NCBI GenBank assembly: GCA_040954595.2
Contig: CM082580.2
Location: 7,106,290-7,170,289, forward strand
DNA: 64,000 nt
Reading direction: 5' to 3'
DNA from: Balanoglossus misakiensis
Taxonomy: Eukaryota > Animalia > Hemichordata
The translations under genes and the position numbers were made by a program. The notes under the pieces are model-generated. The model saw nothing but the letters and a program-made list of their open reading frames with translations. It was not told where the DNA came from and ran no database searches. Positions 1 through 12,000 of the stretch are shown here, one piece after another. The first letter of the stretch is position 1; the number at the start of each line of letters is the position of its first letter.

Positions 1-3000
1 GCCATGTTGTATCCGTAATCAAACTTGTAAAACGTCAGGTAACTGATGTGGCACACAAACAGCACCAGAAGGATTCCAGCAAACGCCACACACACATGGC
101 GTCTGCATTTGCCTCTGCGGTGTCCAACACTCCTACAGAGAGAAAAGATGGAAAGCAACAATGATGACTACGGGAGGTTCTAGGAGTGCTACCCCCTGGA
201 CATGTACTGGTATACCCAACCAGAAACTTGCCCCAACTCTGTCCCTAACTCTAACCATGACTGGTGGCCGGTTGGAACATTTACTGGAAAAGCGTTTTAC
301 GTTATTTTAATAACCTTCGGATGATCCTCACCTTACAGCCAAAGTGAATATGTTCATTAACAGAAGTGACGCAGCACAGAAATAATCCATTCTCTGCAAA
401 AAGAAAAAAAACAAAGACAAGCGATTTAATCAAGCAAGTCACACGGGGCAAAAATGGCTTTTCCTCAACACCCGAACCCAAAGCTATAAAGCCCATACTG
501 GTACATGTGTGTAAAAATTGGCCTTGCCGAACGGAATCTCCCCAAAAGACCGTCACAGAGAATGTTCACCTGAACCTGATACACTGTGACCTTTCTCACT
601 TACATGCAAGTGACAACAAAATTTTATTGTCTTATCTCATATTGCCTCCAAAATTGGATTATGTGGCAAGTTTTTTCTGCACTGAATGAAGTACATGTAC
701 ATGTACGTGACAAAAAACCATTAAAGAGTGGATATATAAGCTCTCTCAGTGATGGATAGTACGATCAATGTACCCATCTCACGTGTCCACACTCCCACTG
801 TGCAGCCTCAGGCTGTTAAAATCAGACATCATTTCCATTTATAAACATTATCACACAACTTTACTGTGTTACATTTTGTTAGTGATAGCAATGTTTTGAT
901 AACTATGGAAAATTTGATTTCCTTTTTTCGTTACGTGACCAGCTCAACAGTGCAAGGACGATCAGGTGAACTTACAAAATACTTGGTGATCTAATGTAAT
1001 GGCTTTATTTCTTCTTTTCAAAGACAAAGAAGCTGTCACAAGTACAGGTCATCAATAATACTTTAGTGTGGGCCCAACCGAGACTGACTGGTCATGTCTG
1101 ATTGGGTCGCACCAACAGAAACCAGGTTAGGTATGGCCAAGAATAACACACACACACGACTAATTGACTAGGCAATGAGCCCGACTATAAGCCCTAAATA
1201 AACTGTGCACTGTTATCTAGATGAGTTGGCACAGTTTTTAATAATATGCAATTGAAATGAAGATAAACCGCAGCAATTGCATTTAATCATTGATTGGATT
1301 TTGAAGTGCGCTTGTATCTCTGTGGCTCATCTTTTTCCAAGTATTGGTGGAGTGTGCATCTCATACCTCCCCCCTCTCACTCACACCTTCAACTGACACC
1401 AATACTGTCCCGAATGAAGATGTTAGTGTCTGTGGCCTTAAGATGGCAAAATGAAGGTTGATGTGCAGATGAAAGTTGCTCACTGCTTTGATCTTTATAA
1501 TAACTTCATGAGAAGTTGGGTCTGGAATGTTGGAGAAATGGTTCTGAGTGGACAAAACCCGACGTAAGTCCCTGTTCCGAAATTCATCCGGCAGCAACTG
1601 ATAAGGAACGTACGTCCAACGCAAGGGATATTTTAAGGTATGAACATCATTCTGTACAGTAAATGTGAAAAAGAGTCAATCATGCTGTTTCAAAGAAAGG
1701 CCAGTTTTTGGTATATACCAGTCAGGTTTGTGAGTTAGGAAACTGGCTTTCTTTGTTGTACCGGTACATGTCTCTGGTTCTGAATGGATTTTCAACTTTT
1801 CTCCCATTGCATGCCCGTCTAGTTTCGACACGGCCACGGTGAAAATCTCAGAAAGGCCACTGCCAGGTCACCTACTTAGCAAGATCTGCTCGTAACCCCA
1901 TCGACTATTGATCAAGTGTAAAAATATCACTTGTTCTGTGCTTTATTGCACAAGTAACATTTACACACAGGATGCAGGCACTCAAACGACACACTCAGTA
2001 TTGCACGTGCACAACTGGTAAAAATTTACGAGTCATTTTCTTTTTCTGGAAAAATACGGAAATCTTAACAGGTCCTGAGGTAAAACAGGAGATGGCACAA
2101 AGTCATTTGTCTGGGAACAGTTTGTGTTCAAGCGAAGAAACAAGTAGTGTCCCTTACACCCAAAGTTATACAGTCGTTAAGTCCATGGACGCAAAAGATT
2201 TATCCCTGGTAACAGATTTATTTAATATGACTGTTGTTTTACTAATCAGTACAGCTAATGTGTCCCCTGGACTTAATTGCCCCTGATAATGAGGTGTCCT
2301 TAGTTCTCGCAAGATGACTGTAAATATCGCAGCGATAAAAACAGATCTGGAGATCAAGTGTCAGTTTTCGCAAAACGGCAATATTTGGGTTGATTCAATC
2401 AATGCGTCCGATGAGAGAACTTGCACATGTCTAAACTCATGAAGGGTATTGATCTTGGCTGGCCTGTCTTTCAGCACACGATCTGTGGTGTGTGTGTCCT
2501 TTGCCTTGTGTTTCATAATCAATGACTGTCGGTGATCATTTATGAGAAATTACAGTGATATCTGTGATATTTACTCAGAGATGTTCATGTGTTGGCAAGG
2601 GAATTGGGCACTGCCATCGCAGCTGATAGTGATAGGGTGACGGAATTGTGGGTATATGTAATGATGTTGTGGGGGAAGTGGCTTATGAATTGAGACAGAC
2701 AGTGACGTGGGCATTTTTGCGGAGGATGATGATCTCAATGCAAAGATGAAAGTGAAAACGCTTAAACTGTGAATCTGGCGTCTGTCTATTCCCCTTTTGC
2801 TCCTACTACAGGACAACATTTAGGAAGTAAAGTTTATGAGAGAAGACTTCGGAAAGAACTCAGAGGATATATAAAGCTGAGCGACGTGCGAAATGGAGAA
2901 GACATTCAACTACTCTATGACCAGTGGAATTCATGCGACCACTTCTGCACAGGTACAGTTTATAATTGGGGAGAACATCACCGATCTGGAACTCTGTGAT

Positions 3001-6000
3001 CTGGGGGCCGCGATCGACTTGACCAGACAACTGATCTGTCTGGTGACGATAGTTTTCGGCTTTGTGGGGAACACCATCTTCGTGGTCGTGGTCGCCAAGA
3101 ACCAGGTCTTGCACACGATCGTCAACTACTACATGCTGAACCTGTGTTTGGCGGACACCCTCTTCCTCATCAAGGCGTGTATTGTGGTGACGGTGCCTGT
3201 TTACTCGTACGACTCGCTGAGCGACGAAAACAACCCCACCGGAGTCTGTTTCCTCTGGTCCATCATGCCGCTGTACCTACAGTACGTCTCCATGTTCACC
3301 ATCGCCATCATCAGCATCGACCGCTACAACGCCATCTGCCGCCCCCTGGTGGCGCACAAATTCCACGCCAAGAACCGCAGCGTCAAGCTGGTCGCGCTGA
3401 CGTGGGTGATCGCGATGGTCTTCGCCATGACGTACTCCCTCATCTGCCTCGACTTGGGGATCGTGGCCGTCATCCTCAGCCTCTGCATCCAGGTTCTGCC
3501 GTTCCTCATCACCATGACCACCGTCTCCGTGATGTACTACAAGGTGGTCGTGGAGATGAAGCGGCGGTCCAAGTCGGTGAGCCACCGATTCAAGTCGTCC
3601 GCCAACAGGCAGAAACGGCAGACCATAAGAGTGGCGTTCACGACGACCCTCGTCTTCTTCCTGTGTACGTTCCCGTTCCAGGTGTTCCTCTTTCTGAAAA
3701 TACTGGACGCCGTGGGATACGTGAATGGCGGCGACCTCTGCGCCAGGCGGATCTTCTTCCAAGTGACGGTCTACCTCCTGACCGTGAACTCCGCCATCAA
3801 CACTTTCATCTACACCGTGATGAGCGAACTTTACCGGAACACGCTGGTCAGGACTTTCCGTTCCCGCTGCAAGAGCAGCAACGCCCGCGGGCTGGAGGGC
3901 AACCGGTCGATCGTCGTCAATTCGGAATTTGACGAGCTGGCGGCGCGCTCCACCTTCGAGAACAACGGCACGCAGATGCGCTCAGTCAGCACAAACACTC
4001 TGGTCACCAATGTGGACGACATTGAGGGTGGAGACGACCGAGAGAACAACAACGACTCGGCAATGAATGATCATGAAATCACAGAGCTGTAGAAATAAAC
4101 GCACCTGAAGATCAATCTGATGATCAATACACAAGTTGTGACAAGGCAATTGAGGCCAATGTGTGTGTAAACGGCATTTTGCAACATTTGATACAGGCAA
4201 AAAAGCGGGGCAATTTTTGTAGACATACAAGACAGAGATGGCAAGCTGGTGGCTATTAAAGATGTACAGCCAACAAAACATTGTGCATATATATAAGTTA
4301 CAATGCTTTGCATTAGAGTATTCTGCGGCAAGACCCCTGTATCGCCATTGCTATTTGACCATGTCTGCAGCTGGGTTGACTTGAGATTTGCTAGATACAA
4401 TGTACCAGCAAATCTGTGTTCCCTAAACCAGTGATATCTTTTTTTAGCTGGATATCCCCACTATTCATGCACAGGATATGAATTTCGTTGATTTTAAAAA
4501 TCAATAATTGAAACTTGGGATTATCCAAAAGTCAATGCATGTGGTCCCATAAAAGTGTCTTCCACATATGATGTTAATTAATATCCAAATGATGGCAATC
4601 ATTTGCAAATTAGCGAAGATTTTGTTTGCCCATATGGTTCCGATAATCAGACTTCAGCTCTGTTAGAGCTGTGGTTCCTATTTGTCTAATCCAAGTACAA
4701 TGATTCATACATCAGATTCCTAGATTCAGTCACATGTACTGGAAATTTTGACTTCCACAATAGACACCAGCCATCTGCCACGTGTGGCTATCCGGTTAAA
4801 ATGTAACTTTTTTATGGCCGTGGGGATGAAATAAAGTAGCTTGAGATTTAAGTTGTATCCAACAAGTTTATTAATGATGTTTAGGAAACACTCAACTCCC
4901 TAATTAGAGCACATTTGGCAATGGAGCATTTGGTGTGACCAAACAAAACACCCAACAGATTTTTCGTACATAAACGTGTCGATAAATTCTTTTCATGAAA
5001 TTTGTGATTATCAAGTATTTGTGACTCCATCAGTGGTGGTGTGGCGGCCATCAATAACTGGAGTACGAACCATAAAAATGCATAACCTCCTTTGCAGATG
5101 TACAGTCCATAGGACCATACGCCAACTTTTAGTGGCTCAGAAATTATAGTACAGTATGTTTAACCCAAATAGATAAATTTAATGTTAAAGATGGGAATGA
5201 TCATTTTGCATGATTGATTATTCGGCTCTTATCATTTTTTCATTTGGTTAGTTCAACACTTTGGGTCTAACCGTTTATCCCTCCAGACTTCATAGCTAAG
5301 TGTTTTGTTGTGGTTGGACCAAAAAATAAAAGGAAATGGGGTGAAACAGGCTTGAGGGGACAACAGCGCAACTTTTTTTGAACAAGGGATAACCATGGCT
5401 GCAGGGTTACACACGAGCCATGTGTACACTTCACAACATGTAGAAGCCAAACAGCAAATGCCAAACGGAGGGAATCCGTACCAAAGTTGGAACGACGATT
5501 CTAGATGAAGATTTGAAGGGATACGGTCACCCATACAAATTGATCTAATGCTACCACGGAAAGTGGAACTTGGAAGGCTATGTGACTATTGTGCACCATC
5601 ACACTGTCATTGTAAACTGACACAAGCGTTTTAACCATATATGGTGCATATTTGTAAGTTAGACAGAGGTGATTGTATTCCTTGACCCTCTTCACCACTA
5701 TGGTTTTGCGCAATCCCATCGTTTTCAATGGCAAAGGTGGACCTCTATGCAGGAAAATGGGTTAAATGGTTCAATGATAGTATCCCAAGTCTGAGTGTCA
5801 AGATGGATACTGGTATATCTTTTGTGAGCAGAAGGTGCTGTAGTTGATCAACTGACTTACGGTAAAATTTTTGGAGAATAAAAGATTGTCAATAATTATT
5901 ACAGGTACTGGTCCTTCTTGGTGGAGACCAGTACACGATAACTACAAAAACCCGTCTTTGCAGTGACTAATCGGGCAACTATGTTTGCCAAACGTCTTCA

Positions 6001-9000
6001 GCCATGGGTCTGTCAACTACCGGTCAACTCTGCACAATATACAATTGATCCTGTCAATATGAACACGGTTCTAATGCCATGTACAAACATAGCGGGACCA
6101 ATTCAGGGGAACGATTCGTGTTCCATTTCATAACAGAATAAAGAGGCACACGTGAGGAATCATGTTTCAGGCCAACCAAAGCCTCCATTACCACCCATCT
6201 ACGAAAATGGCAGGTGAGAACAAGGCCAAACCTCAGACATGCCGCTAACGTAAGAAATATCAAAAATGCGCCAAAATAGTTTCGGTGGATTGCCTGATAT
6301 GATAAGAATGATTGTTGATAAGCTTGGGAGAGATGATAAATGTAAAACTGCAAATAATGCAGTCTTATCAAGATAAGGTAGTAGTCGCTCCTCAGGGACA
6401 GATTTTTCAGAAAAATGATAGTCCTCCAGATCCTCAATTTTTTTATATGTAATACAGTGTGACAGGAGTCTTTTTGAAAAAAAAGAAAACAATTTACTTA
6501 TAGAGCTTTTAACACTGAGATGGCGGCCATTTTTAAATTCAAACTTGAAACAATTTTGCTCTCTCATACAAATTTTTGCACAGAGACCCCCAATTTGTAT
6601 TCTCAATTATAAGAGAGAATAATCTAAAGCTGCCTAGAGCAAAATATGAGAAAAAGTTTAAGACTTTGATATTCAAGATGCATTCTACCTTAAATATTGT
6701 AATCAATACCAAAACAAATCCCAAATCTTAAATTTCATTTTGTATATCTACACCTGAACCATGATTACACTGATTTACTGTAATCTGAACTTTTCATTTC
6801 ACTTTCTGTATGAGTGTCACTCACTTTTCAATGACATGATATCTGCAGAATATCTGCAAAATACTCCTACATGAATCAACAACTAAATTAATAAATACAT
6901 CTACATTATATCTTTACACACAGGGCAAATTAAGTAGGCAGGGTCTGAAATAGTGATAGCAACTAATAAAAACTTTGAATTATGATCCTTTCAAATTGCT
7001 CTAAAGAGGAAATAAGAATACTTTGTTTAATCGTTAATTTCTCTTTAATACTGTGTGAGTTGATCAAAGTTCAAGAGAATCATGAAGGAGAGATAAGATG
7101 TTATCTGTGTTTGCATATCGCTGCATTTTTTTTTTACTGTGAACAATATGCATTGTCACATACATACACACATGGACACAGATGTACATGCAAACGTCAG
7201 GGCAGAATTTTAAACGATACATTTCTGTTCAGACTGATGCCATACATGTACATTGACATTTCTACAAACCGTCTGGCTGTACTCAAATTCCGTTCACAAG
7301 AGCACCTGGAATACGAGAGTCTAAGTTCCCCTGAGTCTCGTTCCGCATGCCGTGTACATCACCACGGCAACCGCTGGGGACACACCCTCCCACGCTGTGT
7401 GCCGCGGTATCTGATGTGTCAAGAACTGTCAGTGATAAAGCTCGAGTGGCCATACGCTTTGCATCAGGATGACAAGATAGTCAAGTAGGAGGAAATCTCA
7501 GTGGAGAGATATCCACTTACCAGCCATCATCCATCTCACCCGATACCGTCGACCGTGCGATCGCACACGTGACTTCTCCGGCTGAATGAGTGAATAACCT
7601 GCTTTTGCAACGTGAGGGGAACCGACCCCGCTGTTCCTCCCCCCCGACTCGGACGATTCGATTACCCCTCCTATTCCGGTCGTGCGGCATTCGCTCGCTT
7701 CTGCCATTCAGGAGCCGGGAGAGAAAGAACTCAAAAACTGACGGGCTTTTGTACTCAGGATTGTATTCTCTGCCCGCGGTACGTAGTACACAGGTAGTAC
7801 ATACACGGTATTATACGCGCGACTGCTACTGGACCCCGCTACGCACTGAATTCTATTCACTCGAAATGCTGTTGACTCTCTGGTGAGTACAACTAAAACC
7901 GACTGCGCTCCCCGGCCATCTCTCCTGGTTGAAGTGAACACATAAACGGAGTCGCACAGGAACAACTTGGTGTGAAAGCATCTGTAAACTTCACCGGTGG
8001 AAGATCTCTTCCAGACTTGACTTCTGTTTAAACAGCATGCATCATCACCAGGCCTAATATTGTTCACGTCACAATGAATAAGGTAAGCTGGTGGTTACTG
8101 CGAAAAAAGCAACAGGTTACTTCATATTTTTTTTTTTACAAGGTGTGAAGTTGGCATGTTCTCATTTTTCTGAGTGAAGGTAATTTTTTTTAAAACTTTT
8201 AATATATTGATCTGAGCTTTGTACAGACGTCTCTCACTGTAATTTACAATTTAAATTGTTTGGGATGGGTGAGGATGTACAAGCATCGGCAGCTAGGGGG
8301 GGGGCACCCATATGGGCAGTCATAAAACAAAATTTCTGTGAAGATGAGATGAGAACAAACATCTGGCACCCGTTCTGCTCAAGTGCCGTCGACATCACAT
8401 TGTCGAAATTTCAGGAGTGCAAACAAGTTGGCGTGGTTACGCGTGAATTCTGGACTGTGTTTCATCTCTGATGCTGTGTGCACGTCACACGATTGGTCGA
8501 AATGAACCACTTTAACTTGCATTGTGTTCGGGGGGAGAAACACCAGTGCTCTCTCAGCAACTAGAAATTGTTATGTATCTGCAAAGACACGTGCGAGCTA
8601 GATAATTTTCTTCTTTTCTGCTGAGTGACTGACTAACTGTTGTTTGGTACGGTTGATCCACAGGCTGCCGTAGCATCACTGAAGAATCTCACAACTGTCA
8701 CAAACTGAGAAGGATGTATCCATGATTACACTGCAGGTGAGCTTGTTTTTCTTGTACGGTAAGAAAATTACTGGTATTCAAATGACGTCCTGTGCTATTA
8801 GCTAATAAATTGACGTGACGTAAAGGAGTTGGTTCAGTTTTTGCTATATAGAGTCTCGTGACTCACTGACCCACCTTCTGGCTAAACAGAAAATTTAGGG
8901 TTTCTTGACTTCCCTGTTCAATGACAATGATTTTCCTTTCTGATTCACTCAACCGGTCATGGGCTCAGTTATTTCAATGCACATTCATCAATTGCATATT

Positions 9001-12000
9001 TGGGATGTCATAATTAACGAAAATATTATACAATTTGTGGGGCCGAATATCATTTTAATTTACCTTCCGAGAAATTAACAAGATTACAGATGGAATACAT
9101 TATACTCCCTCTCGCGCACCCCCATCCCTCAAACCTCCCAACTCCACCCTTAAGCTTCCTCATCGATTCCACCACCTCCCATGGATGGAATATATTCATC
9201 CTCCTTCTGAGCACTAGCTAGCTACTCTCCTACTCTCTTGTACGTCAAAAACGAGTACTTTACACTTTACAAGTGTGAATGATTTCTAAGTGTCAGTTTC
9301 TCCGTATCTATCGTGCGAACAATTAACCTAAGTCACGATGATGACTCACGTGTAATCGCAATACAGGAAAAAACATTTTACAACGGAACGATAGACAAAT
9401 ATAGATTCACGTGTCCCTGGAAAATTGGGAAAGCCGATCTGATAATGTCAACTTACTGGTACTCATTACAGTCTCGGATGACACTGCAAGAAATGAACAG
9501 ACGGTCATCTCACTGTTTGAAATCACTGTACTACTTCTCTTCTCAAATGATATTCCAACATTTCACATGTACGGGTGTGTGATGGGATGGTCACGCTACA
9601 CTACAAAAACTCTTTCACAGTATCCCGTTTCTCAAACATGCAACTAATTAGTGTTTGTGAACTTGTCAGCTGACTACGGACAAACCGTTGGCTGACAAAC
9701 CGTTGGTACGGTTAGGAAATCTTTTGGGCGTTGCACTAGTGATTACACAATGTACTAGATGGAATACTGAGCTTGAGGATGAAAAAAACAATTAAAGCTA
9801 AACTGATATTCCTTGATATGCCTTGTAAATCTGAGTGGTGTTCACTGAGAAAGTTTGCCATGACACCTTCACACAAAATGAAGCAGAAACAGTTGTGTCT
9901 CGAGCGGCAACAAAATTTCACGAGGTCGCTTCTCTGCGAGTTTGAGTGACTCAAGGTCGGTCATAGGTGACTGATAGGACAGGCCAAGTCATGTACTGTA
10001 CACCTGGATACACCAACAATTAGAATGTTATGTACTTAAACACGAACGCTCTGTCTGACGTATTTACACAGAAAGATAGCGCTGAATGCGTACGAACTGC
10101 CATTTCTTTTTGTTAAACGCCTCTGTTAAATGTCTTAAATATTTTCACTGCTGGTAGAGTCCATCTAAATTTCAGTGGTCGAGAATCCCTCTTTTGACTC
10201 ACAGCAATGCAACCCAAATCACCACTGCAAATTAACTCAATCAAGAAAAATTAAATAAGTGACTTTTATAAAAATGAGACAGTAAACACCTTTCTTCTTT
10301 GTTTTCGAAAATACTCCACATGCGCTTCAATATAGTAAAGCTATTGAAAAGTAAGGAAACGCAAAGTTAAGTAAAAAAATCACATTTCAGAAGCAATTTC
10401 AGTCATTGCAGGGGATGAGCTGCATGTCAAAGGTCGTGTGCGTACAGAAGGGGGGCAGTTTTCATTTCTTTGCAAACACTTCAGAGAAAACACACAGGTT
10501 TAAATACATAACACACTCTAACTGTTAGTGTATCCAGGTGAAGAACACACACCTCTCTCACCTTTGTCATGTGCTCAAGTTAAACAAGTTAAATATATAT
10601 GCAGTGAATAAACATAGCAAACAGGAACTACCTGTACTGCGATTCATTCATTCACATTTTTTTAACCACTATGGTTCAGTCCAAAAGCCATTGTTTTCTA
10701 TGGCAAGGTTGGATCTCTGAAGAGGGAACTGGGGGATGAAAGGGGTAAACATGAGATGTTTATACTAAATGATTCTTAATCTCCTAGGTGGAGAATAATA
10801 ATGATGAACTATACAACCACTGCGTGGGTGACGACAACGTCGGATGACTTCAACATTACCTTCAACGACACGGACAACAATGACACTGACGGAAACGCGG
10901 ACGTGCCCTACCCGGGGAGGAATACACTGTACACCGTTCTCCTGGTGGTGATCTGCGTCTGGGGCATCATCGGCAACATCGCGTTCATGCACGTCATGAG
11001 GAAAGTGTCGTACATGCACACCGTGACCAACATCTACCTCCTGAACCTGAGCGTGGCCGACCTGCTCTTCCTGACGCTCGGCGCGGCCATGCGGATCGTG
11101 CCCATCTACACGCAGTACATCTCCCTGGTGTGCCTCATCCAGAGTTTCCTGATCTACGTCTCCTCGTTCGCCTCCATGTTCACCATCGCCCTGATCAGCA
11201 TCGAGCGCTACGTGGCCATCTGCCACCCGCTGAAGCGGCGCCACTTCGACCTGCAGCGGTCGCGCTGCGCCCGCCACATCGTCGTCATCTGGGCGCTGGC
11301 GCTGCTCTTCACCGTGCCCTCCATCCTGTACTGCTACATACCGCAGCTGGAGATGTACCTGACGTCGCTGATCGTGAAGACGGTGCCGTTCTTCGTCTCC
11401 CTCCTCATCATCGTCGTCACGTACACGCTGATGATCTCCAAGCTGACGTGCCGGCAGACGGTGGCCCACAAGATGCTGGAGGTGATCGTGGCGTCCAAGA
11501 GGCGGAAGCGACGCCTGCACGTCGTCCGCATGTTGCTCGTCACCGCCGTCGTCTACTTCCTGTGCCTGCTGCCGTACCACCTGCTGCAGTACGTGCTGAT
11601 CGCCAGCGCGCTCGGAGCGCAGGTGTCGGCTGGGGTCATCGAGGCCTTCCTGCGCATGTCGGAGATTCTCCTCTACATCAACGCCTCGGCCAACCCGCTC
11701 ATCTACAACATCATGAGCAGGCAGTACCGGAAGGCCTTCAGAAAGGCGTTCGGCTGCAGGACTGCCGCGCAGGAGGACGAAAGCTACTTTTCCGCCAACA
11801 TGGAAACCCGGAGGCGGTCGACGACGGCGACAGCCTCGCAGAGGGACCGGACCACGGCCAATAACGCGTCCGTCGATATCGAAGACGGCAGCGGCAGAAT
11901 GAACAACACGGACGATACGAACAGTTCTGGGAGTTTTGAAGATGTAAACCAGCTGTCTATTAACCACCAAGCATATGACAATCCCGCATTTACAAATGAC

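Noticed and set aside
3144-3932. 262-aa alternate-frame and 161-aa antisense ORFs over GPCR1
   Set aside because: Same codon-bias artefact (His/Arg/Pro-rich composition).
6232-6293. AIHRNYFGAFLIFLTLAACLR as a possible PGAP3 exon 4
   Set aside because: It has an AG/GT frame and similar size, but 393-332 (RMDYFCA…) is the clear match and this one lacks the DY motif. Chance resemblance is likely, though a decayed duplicate cannot be excluded.
6982-7488. 168-aa ORF and other short intronic ORFs
   Set aside because: No homology, codon bias or splice support.
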